DNA of 64,000 nucleotides from a virus (taxonomy: Duplodnaviria > Caudoviricetes). Made by a program: the position numbers and the translations under genes. How positions within the stretch are numbered: the first letter of the stretch is position 1; each line of letters starts with the position of its first letter. Shown here piece by piece: positions 30,620 through 40,473 of the stretch. The stretch covers positions 32,001-96,000 of IMG/VR virus record IMGVR_UViG_3300031555_004294. One strand, written 5' to 3'. The notes under the pieces were generated by a model, which worked only from the letters and a program-made list of their open reading frames with translations, was not told the origin of the DNA and made no database searches.

Positions 30620-30716
30620 GATAATTTTTTACAAGAAATATATGACTTTTTCAGATTAAAAAATTTTCCTATAAACAGTTTTATAAAATTTGTTTATGGG
30701 AGGTCATATAAAAACT

Positions 30717-30998
30717 ATGGCACGTAATACTGAGAAAGAACTCAAGTATACCATCATAGAACATGTTGCTGACTTATCCGAGCCTGATAGTAAAGGTTAT
30801 GTGAAACAGCTCAATATTATGACTTGGGGTAATTATAAGAAGCCAGTCATTGATATTCGTAAGTGGCAGTATAAAGAAGATGGTACTGTAGTTTGTGGTA
30901 AAGGTATAACCTTAGACTTGAATGATTTGGTTGCTTTACAGAAGATCAACACAAAGAATTTAGAACGTTACTTCGAAGAAGAGAACGATGAAGAATAA
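30717..30998 (+). CDS. YdbC/PC4-like ssDNA-binding protein
   Basis: KQLNIMTWG...IDIRKW...GKGITL pattern of the YdbC/PC4 family. Confidence 0.75.
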   Translation: MARNTEKELKYTIIEHVADLSEPDSKGYVKQLNIMTWGNYKKPVIDIRKWQYKEDGTVVCGKGITLDLNDLVALQKINTKNLERYFEEENDEE

Positions 30999-31072
30999 AA
31001 TTTGAGAGTATAGGTTATATTGTACGCCTATACTCTCAAATTTTTCATCAAAAGAAAGGATGTGTTTGATTT

Positions 31073-31381
31073 ATGATTGCATATTATGAAGATGACTTTT
31101 TAGAGTTATTACGAGATAAATTTGGTTCCGAAATGGTACAGTACAATATAGATTTTAAAATTATCAAATTAAATGATCAGGATGTCTTAATTTTAATTGT
31201 CAGCACGAATAACAAAAGACGAATTAACAGTAGCGTAAGAGACACAGATATAGTTTTTAACGAAACTCAAGATGAAAATGGAAATGATGTATGTGAAATT
31301 ATTCTGCTAAATGAAAAAAATTTAAATACATTTTTCTCAAAAATAAAGAAGACTATTTTTGACATCTGCTTAGTCAAATAA
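31073..31381 (+). CDS. Hypothetical protein (C-terminal IKKTIFDICL, like the 23328 family)
   Basis: ORF with SD; motif similarity. Confidence 0.6.
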   Translation: MIAYYEDDFLELLRDKFGSEMVQYNIDFKIIKLNDQDVLILIVSTNNKRRINSSVRDTDIVFNETQDENGNDVCEIILLNEKNLNTFFSKIKKTIFDICLVK

Positions 31382-31391
31382 GGAGACAAAC

Positions 31392-32555
31392 ATGATAAAG
31401 GTAAGAAGAGATTTTAATAAGACTAAACCAAGATCTCAAATGAATGAAAAAGAAAGAGAGCAGGATGATATTTACAATTCTGATACTACAATGGAGAAAA
31501 TACTAAACTCCAAAAAAATCAGATATGAAATTTTAAACTCACTGTTTTCTAAGATTCCAAAACATATTACAACTGTTACAATGTACATTGATGTTTTCAG
31601 TATCATCAATAATCTTTACAATCCACAAGTTTTAGAAAATATCAGTGCTTTCAATGATGAAAAGTCTTTCATATTTTCATCGAATTTGATAAACTTAGCT
31701 GCTCATTTCCGTAATTACTTTGCAACTAGAAAACAGTTTTACACCAACTTTGTATTTTACTACTCTACTGAAAAAAGTGAAAAAGAATTAGGTGTCTACC
31801 CTGACTATAGGAAAGAATTTTATACAAAACGTCTTGATAATAATTCAGAGTTCATTTTAATGAATAATCTGATTAGAGAAAACTTAAAGTTATGTGAGAT
31901 TTTAAGTAACTATCTACCACACATTTACTTTGTAAACACTAAGGAACTTAATCCAAACTTAGTTCCTCATCACTTCATTCAGTGTCAAGAAAAAGATGAA
32001 ATGTCAATCATCTACTCTAATGACAAATTACAAATGATACACTGTTTACAGAATAAAGATACCTACTTGCTAACATCTAGCTTTGGAAATGTTAATTTGT
32101 ATTCACAAATGGACTTAGTAGAACTTTACAACAATAAAGAGAACTACGAAATTAACCCACAGTTACTTCCTTATATGTTCGCATTTAGTGGAAATAAGAA
32201 ATATTCAGTAGAAGGCTGTAAGGGATATGCAGAATTAAAAACTTGCAAATTTTTTAAGAAATTGCTAGACCAAAATGTTATTTCTAACATAAATTACAAG
32301 GAACCTTCTATCTTCCTTAATGAAATAAAGAATTCTATCAGTCCAGAACAATATCATATACTAGAACGAAATATTTCTCTCTTCCATTTTCCGTCTATGT
32401 ATATGGAACTAACTGATAAGGAAATTCTATCTACCTTTACCGTAAAGGATCTACAAGATATGAAATCGTTAGTAGAAATAAATGCAGAACGCTATGAAAA
32501 ATATCCTTTACATTTAGAGGAGCTAATGATAGGAGAAGATTATGAATCGATCTAG
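31392..32555 (+). CDS. Putative 5'-3' exonuclease/FEN-like (T4 RNase H-like) protein
   Basis: N-terminal YIDVF, YPDYRK, SNDK, H3TH-like SVEGCKGYAELKT; the acidic catalytic set looks incomplete. Confidence 0.45.
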   Translation: MIKVRRDFNKTKPRSQMNEKEREQDDIYNSDTTMEKILNSKKIRYEILNSLFSKIPKHITTVTMYIDVFSIINNLYNPQVLENISAFNDEKSFIFSSNLINLAAHFRNYFATRKQFYTNFVFYYSTEKSEKELGVYPDYRKEFYTKRLDNNSEFILMNNLIRENLKLCEILSNYLPHIYFVNTKELNPNLVPHHFIQCQEKDEMSIIYSNDKLQMIHCLQNKDTYLLTSSFGNVNLYSQMDLVELYNNKENYEINPQLLPYMFAFSGNKKYSVEGCKGYAELKTCKFFKKLLDQNVISNINYKEPSIFLNEIKNSISPEQYHILERNISLFHFPSMYMELTDKEILSTFTVKDLQDMKSLVEINAERYEKYPLHLEELMIGEDYESI

Positions 32556-32578
32556 TGTAATGCTAGATCGATTTTTTT

Positions 32579-34195
32579 TTGATGAAAGGCGGTGTATTTC
32601 ATTTGGCATTAAATTCTTTAGAAAATATAAAATCTACAGCATATCCTACATTTTTACAAAATATGAAAAAGTATTTTCATAAAATTTCTTTTTCAGCAAT
32701 CATAACTAATGATGATGGAACCACAACAGTTATAGATTTATCAGACGTTCTTTTTGATTTTAAAACTTTTAAGCTTTACAATGCATTTGTATTTCCAGTA
32801 GTTGCAGTATCTGTAAATTTAACGCCAAAACAACATAAGACTTTTGCAAATAACTTAGACAGGTTGCAATTTAGATTAAATCTAGAAAAATTTCAAGAAA
32901 CAGATATTTCAACAAATAACAACAGAATGTTTGATAAAACTACAGACAGTGTGTATAAAAATTTGATACTAGAATTATCAGACTACGAAAAACAACGTTT
33001 TATTGATGAAACTGAACGAAATAATAATGGATTTGAAGAGAGTATAAAGATTCCAGTTTACATGGAACTATTTAAGGCAGAACATTTAGCTATCAATAAA
33101 AATCCTATAAACGGAATTTTTAATGATGTAGATATGGACAGTTTACTAATACATCTCTTGAAAAAATCTAAACAAAAAATGTTAGTACAAAAATCTAATA
33201 GAAAAGAAAAACTAAAGCAAGTTGTATTACCAGGCAAGAATTTAGCACAAACTATTGAGTATTTACAAGAAGTTTATGGTATCTATAGATCTGGTTTACG
33301 ACTCTTTTTTGATTTTGATAGAGGGTACTGTTTATCGCATGATATCACAGAAAATGAGCCTGTATCTGAAAAAGAACCTATAGAGTATAAAAATGTAGTT
33401 TGCTATATAGATAGACAATCTGAAAGATCAACTAGTTCTTCTGGATGCTGGATGGATGATACAACTAAAACATATTATCTGCTGGCACCTAATTCAAATC
33501 AATTAGAAACCATGGATAAGTCATCCAAAAATATTTATGGGAATAAATTAGTCATCCAGTCATCAACTCAAGATAAAAAACAAGTTGATCAAAAAATTTT
33601 AGACAATAATTACAAAATAGAAAATAGTACAAATACCAAAACAGTACTTGAATCAAGAACTGTAACAAGAAATCAAGATTATACTGTAGCGAAAAATGAT
33701 ACATTGTCATCTATTGCTAGAAAATTTAATATCTCCGTGTCTGAAATTATCGCAAATAACAAAAATATTGTAAATGAAGACTCGATATATGTTAAACAGA
33801 CTATAAAAATACCAATTACAACTGTTGAGATTATTGAAGTTGACAAAATCCTATCTGAAGTTGAAAGTACTGTTAAACCAGATGAAAAAGAAGAAAAAGT
33901 TAAGTACTATTACAACACATCATCCAATTCATATGCTGAAGACGAGTTATTATCTAGGATAAATCGCAATGAGTTAAAGTATATAGGAAATTTTAAAGAT
34001 GTAGATGAAACATTTTTATCTATGAACAAAGCTATATATCTATCTTTCTTAGATGAGTCTTACACCAATTATAACGGTATGTATGAAATAGAAGGTATGG
34101 GTACAATTTATACAAAAATAGGAAAAAATATTTATGAAACGGATACTATAGTAACATTTACTAGATTAACAAAAGGATTTTTAGCATTCTCATAA
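32579..34195 (+). CDS. LysM-containing virion/baseplate-type protein
   Basis: YTVAKNDTLSSIARKFNISVSEIIANN LysM domain. Confidence 0.7.
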   Translation: MMKGGVFHLALNSLENIKSTAYPTFLQNMKKYFHKISFSAIITNDDGTTTVIDLSDVLFDFKTFKLYNAFVFPVVAVSVNLTPKQHKTFANNLDRLQFRLNLEKFQETDISTNNNRMFDKTTDSVYKNLILELSDYEKQRFIDETERNNNGFEESIKIPVYMELFKAEHLAINKNPINGIFNDVDMDSLLIHLLKKSKQKMLVQKSNRKEKLKQVVLPGKNLAQTIEYLQEVYGIYRSGLRLFFDFDRGYCLSHDITENEPVSEKEPIEYKNVVCYIDRQSERSTSSSGCWMDDTTKTYYLLAPNSNQLETMDKSSKNIYGNKLVIQSSTQDKKQVDQKILDNNYKIENSTNTKTVLESRTVTRNQDYTVAKNDTLSSIARKFNISVSEIIANNKNIVNEDSIYVKQTIKIPITTVEIIEVDKILSEVESTVKPDEKEEKVKYYYNTSSNSYAEDELLSRINRNELKYIGNFKDVDETFLSMNKAIYLSFLDESYTNYNGMYEIEGMGTIYTKIGKNIYETDTIVTFTRLTKGFLAFS

Positions 34196-34219
34196 AATTA
34201 GAAAGGAGAAGTTTGTAAG

Positions 34220-34846
34220 ATGAAGAAATATAAATTTGAAAGTACAATGCATTCACAAAGAATGTTTCTTGGAATTATTTGTGGTTTATTACCTATTTGC
34301 TGTGTTTTATTTGGTTTATTAGGTACAGGTACAAATCCTACTGGCTGGTGGAATTCAATATCTGCTACATATTATGCAAACTCTAAAATGTGGCTAATTG
34401 GTTCTCTAACACTTGCATCGTTCTTTTTCTTTACTTATAAAGGATATGACTTAGGTGACCGAGTATTTACAACAATTAGTGGCATTGCATCAATTTGTAT
34501 TGTAATTTTCCCATGTAATATAAATTCTGTTACTGATACACACGTTGGTCTCTTAATGTTGCCAATTAATGTTTCTCATATCATACATTGTATTGCAGCA
34601 TCAGTATTATTTATTGGATTTGCGTTGATGATACTGATACAGTTTACAAAAGGTAATAACAAGAAACGAAACATCTTATATATAGTTTGTGGAAGTATAA
34701 TTGCAGTTTTTATGCTTAACCAAATCCTATCAGTAGTTTTAAATTATCCTGGTTACTGGACTATGATTAACGAGTTTTTTATGCTTGAAGCTTTTGCAGT
34801 TGCTTGGATTGTAAAGGGTGCGTCTATACAAAAAATAGAAGAATAA
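34220..34846 (+). CDS. Multi-pass membrane protein (DUF998-like)
   Basis: About 6 hydrophobic helices; SISATYY motif. Confidence 0.7.
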   Translation: MKKYKFESTMHSQRMFLGIICGLLPICCVLFGLLGTGTNPTGWWNSISATYYANSKMWLIGSLTLASFFFFTYKGYDLGDRVFTTISGIASICIVIFPCNINSVTDTHVGLLMLPINVSHIIHCIAASVLFIGFALMILIQFTKGNNKKRNILYIVCGSIIAVFMLNQILSVVLNYPGYWTMINEFFMLEAFAVAWIVKGASIQKIEE

Positions 34847-34851
34847 AATTT

Positions 34852-34896
34852 AAAGAGGAAAGTGATTAAGTATCACTTTCCTCTTGTTTTTTTTTT
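34852..34896. terminator. Bidirectional terminator
   Basis: AAGAGGAAAGTGAT / ATCACTTTCCTCTT stem plus T tract between convergent genes. Confidence 0.75.
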
Positions 34897-34897
34897 G

Positions 34898-35802
34898 TTA
34901 AGACTCCCAGATTTCTTTCATCTTACGCTTCATCTCAATGATGAGCTTATTTGTGTATAGCATCGAATAACTATCTGTAGTCATACGTGATACTATAGAC
35001 ATGGGTGAGTAGATTGCTAAAATATTCTCATCAGGATATCTTTCAGAGAAAGGCTCTTCGCCTTTAGGTAATACGTCACTAACAATTGTCTTAACAGCAG
35101 TACCATAAACAACCTTATCGCCTGTCTTCAATCTGTCTCTATGTTTTACATAGAATTCGATAATGATACCTTCAAAGTCAATACCCTTAATCTTCTCGTC
35201 TTTGATCTGATCAACTCTTGGGAAAATTGTAGATTTGTTATTGGTATTCTCTACTATCTTCTTTCTAGTATTAACTTCTTTAGCATAGCTATCGATTAGC
35301 TTTTGAATGGACTCAGAACAAATTTCTTTAGGTACATTGTAGTAAACCTTAATGTCGATTATCTCACCAGAATACTTAGCTTTGATTGAGTCTTTACCCA
35401 TATCTTCTACAAACTCAGCAAAATCATCACCCATGCTATCAAGAATTCTATTTGCATCAGCATCTTCAAAAGTATGCTCGAAGGAAATTAAACTTTCACT
35501 AGTTTTAACATGTTGATGTTTTTTAACCATTTGTAGAATGTTTGTATTAGGTGCTAGCTTCACAGTAGTTGCCATAGTTACATAAGACGACATATTTTCC
35601 GAAACCTCATTTGTAATAACAGATGAGTCCTCTAATGTATAGTCACCCTGTGCTATAGCTACTTTTGCTAGTAAACCTTGAGAGAATGTAACTTTATCAG
35701 TTTTATTACCTAAGAAGAAATCACTATTCTTTGCTAGAATGTCATTCTTCTTAAATTTTTGACCTTCTTCGAAAAGTAGGTCTTTTTTGTTGGAAATGTA
35801 AA
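34898..35802 (-). CDS. rpoB: RNA polymerase beta subunit, exon 2
   Basis: Open frame from 35802: (F)YISNKK...GLLAKVAIAQGDYTLEDSSVI, GDKVVYGTAVKTIVSDVLP, YSPMSIVSRM (equivalent to beta GYNFEDA, GDK..GRHGNKG, NPLGVPSRM). Confidence 0.9.
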
Positions 35803-35936
35803 CATTAATATTTGCATAGAGACATTAATTCTATGACTGCTAGGCTTTTAAACCTAGATTAGACTATATCTTCTTGTACTTTCCTATTATACAATCATTT
35901 GACTGCAATATAGTCGTTGAACTTATCTTAAAAAAT
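35803..35936 (-). ncRNA. Group I intron 3' catalytic half (P6a 3' strand, R, P7.1, P3', S, P9, omega-G)
   Basis: ATTTTTTAAGATAAGTTCAACGACTATA...AAGATATAGTCTAATCTAGGTTTAAAAGCCTAG...AATG|. Confidence 0.88.
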
Positions 35937-35954
35937 GTAATTTTGAAAAATTTG

Positions 35955-35970
35955 AATATATATTCTAAAT
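35955..35970 (+). promoter_or_regulatory. Early-type promoter motif driving the intron-embedded operon
   Basis: AATATATATTCTAAAT, near-identical to AATATATATTCTAAGT at 23285; lies 19 nt inside the P6a arm. Confidence 0.6.
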
Positions 35971-36137
35971 GTAGATAAAAGGTGCTACGAATTAGATAGT
36001 AATTCTATCCTTTAACAGAATTGGCAAATGCAGATTTGAACTCTGTGTAAAGTCCCTGTTATAGCAGTAGTTAAATGGAATTTGAGAAACAGCCTTTAAA
36101 AATTTTTATACTTTTACTAAAAGGAGTTAACTACAAA

Positions 36138-37019
36138 ATGGAAAAAACTATCTACAACGGAATGGAATTTAATTACTATCAGATCGCTGAAATCCTGCTT
36201 GGTAATATGGAAGGTATTGATACATCTAACTACACTGATCCTAAAATTTCTTATCAAGAAATGCAAAAAATTAGATTGCGACTGGTTGAAGATAAGAAAA
36301 TTAAAGATAGTTGGTATGAAAATTTTGGTTTAAAACAGATTAACGGAAAATGGATGTCTGTTAGAAATATTAAACCTTGTCCTATTTCAGAAGGAAATTG
36401 CGATAAAGGAATTCAAATTCTGTTAGGTCTTAAAAAAGGGTTAGACGTATCTATTTACGCAAAACCTGAGTTTAGCGGTTTACAGATGCAGGAAATTAGA
36501 TTAGGTCTTGAAAAAGGGTTAGACGTATCTATTTACGCAAAACCTGAATATAGTCACCATCAGATGGACAAAATTCTATTTGGTCTTGAAAGAGGGTTAG
36601 ATGTGTCTATTTACGCAAAACCTGAGTTTGACAGTTGCCAAATGAATCAAATCATATGTTTTCTTGTAAGAGGATTTGACATAAATAAATATCTTGATGC
36701 AGGAATTACTAGTTCAGATATGTTATATGAAGCTGGACGTGGTCTTAATGAAGGTATAGACTTATTCGATTATGCTAAGCAGTTAAATGATTCAACTCAG
36801 CTTTATGAGATTTTAATGGGTATTCGAAAAGGAATAGATGTATCTGTATATGCTAAACCTGAGTTTAGCACCGATCAGATGTGTCAAATCAGAATAGGCC
36901 TTGAAAGGGGATTAGACGTATCTGCATATGCAAAACCTGAACTTAAAGCTAGTGTGATGAAACAGATCAGATTCTGTCTTCAAAAAGGACTAGATATGAC
37001 CGTACATCTTAAAACTTAA
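36138..37019 (+). CDS. Repeat protein (26-aa GLEKGLDVSIYAKPEF repeats), intron-embedded gene 1
   Basis: At least 5 well-conserved plus degenerate copies of Q.I..GL.KGLDVS.YAKPE; ATG 36138 after AAAGGAG. Confidence 0.8.
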   Translation: MEKTIYNGMEFNYYQIAEILLGNMEGIDTSNYTDPKISYQEMQKIRLRLVEDKKIKDSWYENFGLKQINGKWMSVRNIKPCPISEGNCDKGIQILLGLKKGLDVSIYAKPEFSGLQMQEIRLGLEKGLDVSIYAKPEYSHHQMDKILFGLERGLDVSIYAKPEFDSCQMNQIICFLVRGFDINKYLDAGITSSDMLYEAGRGLNEGIDLFDYAKQLNDSTQLYEILMGIRKGIDVSVYAKPEFSTDQMCQIRIGLERGLDVSAYAKPELKASVMKQIRFCLQKGLDMTVHLKT

Positions 37020-37050
37020 TTTTACTTGAACAAAAGGAGAACTAATAAAA

Positions 37051-37482
37051 ATGAATGTAACAACTTCAATCATTAACGAACACGGAAACCAACTCAAATT
37101 CACATCTATTCCTCGAAGATACACATCAGGAAATACAGAATATTGGAAGGAATATGATAAGAACGGTAATCTTATCTATGAAAGATTTTCCAATGACGTT
37201 GTAAGGACTCATCTCTATGATGCACAGGGTAAGTTTATCCTTACATACGATCCTTCAGAAATGGGAGCTATAGTAGCTATCCGTCTTTTCTATGATGAGT
37301 ATCGTAGTGTAATGGCAGAACTTGCTTTTGCATATGGAAGTACTCATACTATCGAATGGACTGATATAGCTCAGAGAAGAGCATTCCAGATCGGTATCAA
37401 TGGATATACTTTCATCTTTGATGAGAGAGATGTAGCTAAAGAAAAAACCTTCCAAGATTTTGTAAAAACAAAGGAGAACTAA
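37051..37482 (+). CDS. Hypothetical protein, paralog of 37713-38150 (intron-embedded)
   Basis: WKEYDKNGNLIYERFS / IGINGYTFIFDERD. Confidence 0.75.
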   Translation: MNVTTSIINEHGNQLKFTSIPRRYTSGNTEYWKEYDKNGNLIYERFSNDVVRTHLYDAQGKFILTYDPSEMGAIVAIRLFYDEYRSVMAELAFAYGSTHTIEWTDIAQRRAFQIGINGYTFIFDERDVAKEKTFQDFVKTKEN

Positions 37483-37486
37483 CAAA

Positions 37487-37681
37487 ATGAAACTTCGTGA
37501 TGTACTCAATGTTATTAGTGGTGGCACTAATATCAGAATCTCTGTCAACTGCAATACTATCTTTTCTGGTCGAATGGCCGATGTAAAGGTAACTGATTGG
37601 ACCAATACTGTCGGTCCTTATCTGGATAATGAAGTCTACAGACTCAATACTTTCAATGGTTACATAACTATCGCTTGCTAA
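37487..37681 (+). CDS. Small hypothetical protein (intron-embedded)
   Basis: SD AAAGGAG, 64 aa. Confidence 0.65.
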   Translation: MKLRDVLNVISGGTNIRISVNCNTIFSGRMADVKVTDWTNTVGPYLDNEVYRLNTFNGYITIAC

Positions 37682-37712
37682 AAATCACACAAGCAAAGGA
37701 GAATTAAACAAA

Positions 37713-38150
37713 ATGCTTGAATCTAAAACTATCATCGAAACTGAAAATGGCAATCGTCTTGAGTTTACGAATTTCACTCCTGACCAAATTAAATCCTATG
37801 GTAAGATCTGGAGGGAATATGATACCAATGGTAATCTTATTCATGAAAGATTTTCTACTGGAGTTATGAAAAACTATCTTTATGATGAGGATAATAAACT
37901 CATCGAAGAATATGATCCTATGGTAAAAGGAGCCATCAATGAAATTCGCATTTTCTATGACGAAGGTCATAAAATCAAGGCAGAACTTACTTTTGCCTTT
38001 GGTGGTACTACAATCATCGATTGGACTGATGTAACTCAAAGAGGACTCTATGAAATTGGTATCAACGCATATACTTTTATCTTTGATGAAAGAGATGCCG
38101 TTAGAGAAAGATTTTTCCAAGATTTTATAGTAACAAAGGAGACAAAATAA
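37713..38150 (+). CDS. Hypothetical protein, paralog of 37051-37482 (intron-embedded)
   Basis: WREYDTNGNLIHERFS / IGINAYTFIFDERD. Confidence 0.75.
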   Translation: MLESKTIIETENGNRLEFTNFTPDQIKSYGKIWREYDTNGNLIHERFSTGVMKNYLYDEDNKLIEEYDPMVKGAINEIRIFYDEGHKIKAELTFAFGGTTIIDWTDVTQRGLYEIGINAYTFIFDERDAVRERFFQDFIVTKETK

Positions 38151-38151
38151 A

Positions 38152-38595
38152 ATGTCATCTACTAATGCAGAATTCGAAATTGGAGAATTTGTAATAACAA
38201 CAGAAAAAATCCAAAATCACCATGGTTCTCTTGAAAAAGACATGGTTGTAGAAATAGTCGGTATAAACAAATCAAATCATACATACGATGTCTGTTTTGA
38301 TAGTGACGCTGGAAAGATTCTTGGAGTTCTTCGTGAAGTTAGTCATACAAGTCTCAAGAGATCTCCTATTCTTAACAGTTCTTATAGATTCACAGAATGT
38401 ACTAGAACTGCAGTAGAAAAAATAGAGCAAGCTATTTCCGTTATTTACGATCAAGATGCAAATGAAGAATGTATTAATGATCTTAAAAATGTCATTGAAC
38501 TTCTTTTTAAGGCTAGACACAATGTTCGTTTTACATTAACACCTGAGATGATCAAGAAATATGAAACACTCAACAAAGGAGAAATAACAAAATGA
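38152..38595 (+). CDS. Hypothetical protein, possible SH3-like N-terminus (intron-embedded)
   Basis: FEIGEFV...VEIVG...YDV pattern; C-terminal helix resembles 38592-38825. Confidence 0.65.
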   Translation: MSSTNAEFEIGEFVITTEKIQNHHGSLEKDMVVEIVGINKSNHTYDVCFDSDAGKILGVLREVSHTSLKRSPILNSSYRFTECTRTAVEKIEQAISVIYDQDANEECINDLKNVIELLFKARHNVRFTLTPEMIKKYETLNKGEITK

Positions 38596-38825
38596 AAATC
38601 AAAACAACAAATATCAATCAAGACAGCAATAAAATTGAAATCGATAACAACACCCAAAAATACATGGGTCATATCACATCTGCTATTGACAAGGCAGAAC
38701 AAGCTCTTTCGAGTATAACTTATACAAGTCATTCAGATGTAAACGAAGAGCCTATCAAGCTTATCAATAAAGCCATCGAACTTCTTGAAAAAGCTCAGGA
38801 TAGTACCATCTACAAACCTGTATAA
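38592..38825 (+). CDS. Small hypothetical protein (intron-embedded)
   Basis: AIDKAEQALS...AIELLEKA resembles AVEKIEQAIS...VIELLFKA of the previous ORF. Confidence 0.65.
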   Translation: MKIKTTNINQDSNKIEIDNNTQKYMGHITSAIDKAEQALSSITYTSHSDVNEEPIKLINKAIELLEKAQDSTIYKPV

Positions 38826-38842
38826 AGGAGATACCACAACAT

Positions 38843-39061
38843 ATGGAAACTTTTATAATTTGCTTTAAACTTGACAATGCTTATAGGATTTTAGATCAAG
38901 TTGCCATTGTCTATGCAAGAAATCAAGACCATGCAATAAGCCTTCTTAATGCAATGTATGAGAAGTGTCAGTATGAATCAATAAAGTCCATTTACAGTGT
39001 TAGCAAATTAAGTGAAGATGGTAATCCTACTATTTTCACATATACCCCAGCTTTATATTAA
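38843..39061 (+). CDS. Small hypothetical protein (intron-embedded)
   Basis: SD AAAGGAG; 72 aa. Confidence 0.6.
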   Translation: METFIICFKLDNAYRILDQVAIVYARNQDHAISLLNAMYEKCQYESIKSIYSVSKLSEDGNPTIFTYTPALY

Positions 39062-39072
39062 GGAGAACGACT

Positions 39073-39813
39073 ATGGTTACAAAATACAATGTCATTAATT
39101 TCTTTGAAAAAAGAAAAGGTGACCCAACTGTTCCTCATACAATAGATGAGAAACATGAAAACATCATCTACAAAGATACAGGTAAAGTCCTTGCTACAAT
39201 CGATGAGTACATGGCTGCTATGAAAAAAGTACTTCATTGTGACTTTGAACTCATCTATGATGAACATCCTTCCTGTTTCTCAGTCATCCGTTGTAAGGAA
39301 TGTGGAACTGTAATCTTTGAACGTTATGATGAAGATTATGATCCAAATCTTTGCTGTCCTACTTGTGGGGGCTATAAAACTTACTTTGATTTCTGGACGA
39401 AGGAAGAAATTGATAGTGATGAGGAAAAACAAAAAGCTATCAAAAACTACGAAGAAATGCAACGTGAGTTGGATGAGTCCTATGCAAGACGACAGAAAAG
39501 AGGAGGTCTTTATGATTGGGAGATTTGGAAAAAGAGAATTGAGTTCAAGAAAACCCTTTGGAATATCTCTCTTGAATGTGATAATCTTTTCTATAGCAAA
39601 CCAAAACTTAAAGGTCTAAAACTCATTATCAAAATGAGTAAAAGAGATCCTGAATATGACGACATGTTTGTCTGGAAGAAGTCTACAAGAATTCCTCTAT
39701 CTTGGTATGCTTTCTACATACATTGTATTCTCCCATACTCTAAAACATGTCCAGAAGAATTACGCAAGTACCATTTCTGGCAGAAGAAACCTAAAGATCA
39801 GGAGGAAGGATAA
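39073..39813 (+). CDS. Zinc-ribbon-containing hypothetical protein (intron-embedded)
   Basis: CKECG and CPTCG pairs. Confidence 0.7.
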   Translation: MVTKYNVINFFEKRKGDPTVPHTIDEKHENIIYKDTGKVLATIDEYMAAMKKVLHCDFELIYDEHPSCFSVIRCKECGTVIFERYDEDYDPNLCCPTCGGYKTYFDFWTKEEIDSDEEKQKAIKNYEEMQRELDESYARRQKRGGLYDWEIWKKRIEFKKTLWNISLECDNLFYSKPKLKGLKLIIKMSKRDPEYDDMFVWKKSTRIPLSWYAFYIHCILPYSKTCPEELRKYHFWQKKPKDQEEG

Positions 39814-39816
39814 TTT

Positions 39817-40275
39817 ATGCACAACATCACTACAAGATACAAAGAGATTAAAGTTTGGTCTGCAAGTAAATTTAATCTCATCATCGCTATCGTTTTCATC
39901 GTTCTTACTGTACTGCTTGAAGCAGGAATTTTACACTGTATATTTACAGATAAAATTGGAAGTGCTGTTTTATTACAGTTTATGGTATCACCAATAACAA
40001 TTGTAGTTGCATCATGTGGAATTGGTACTTATAAACGAAGAAAAGAATTTACATTATACTTCAGCCAAATTGATGACGTTATTGATATCTCAAGACTTAA
40101 ATCTGAATATCATCTTTGCATGATTGATGGGTATGGTGTATTATTTATCAAAAACGATGATATACCTTCATATTCTGATTGGACTACTTTTGGTAGCTAT
40201 AATTCTACTTATAGAATTGAAGAAAAGTTTTTTAAAAATAGCACAATTTCTTTCATTACTAAAAAGGAGGACTAG
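39817..40275 (+). CDS. Membrane protein with two TM helices (intron-embedded)
   Basis: LIIAIVFIVLTVLLEAGIL and AVLLQFMVSPITIVVASC hydrophobic segments. Confidence 0.65.
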   Translation: MHNITTRYKEIKVWSASKFNLIIAIVFIVLTVLLEAGILHCIFTDKIGSAVLLQFMVSPITIVVASCGIGTYKRRKEFTLYFSQIDDVIDISRLKSEYHLCMIDGYGVLFIKNDDIPSYSDWTTFGSYNSTYRIEEKFFKNSTISFITKKED

Positions 40276-40279
40276 AATA

Positions 40280-40450
40280 ATGAAAACCTATAGTGTAAGT
40301 ATACTTCATAAAACTGGTAGGGTTGTAAGACCTTATATCTTCAACGTTGAAGCATCAAATGAAAAAGATGCAGAGAATGAAGTCATGAGTAAAGTTAAAG
40401 CTCTTAATCTTAAAGGATCTTTAAGCGTTGATTTCGTTGAAGAAATTTAA
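40280..40450 (+). CDS. Small hypothetical protein (intron-embedded)
   Basis: ATG 40280 after AAAGGAGG; MKTYSVSI...VEASNEKDAE. Confidence 0.65.
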   Translation: MKTYSVSILHKTGRVVRPYIFNVEASNEKDAENEVMSKVKALNLKGSLSVDFVEEI

Positions 40451-40473
40451 CAAACAGAAAGGAAAATATCGCC

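Noticed and set aside
36020-36062. c-di-GMP-I (GEMM) riboswitch suggested by GGCAAA
   Set aside because: It lacks the GNRA tetraloop/receptor and second-hairpin consensus; kept only as an unassigned structured leader.
11050-36620. Direct repeats at 11050, 28666 and 36423 as CRISPR arrays
   Set aside because: All are in-frame coding repeats with 2-3 near-identical copies and periods that are multiples of 3; there is no repeat-spacer architecture.
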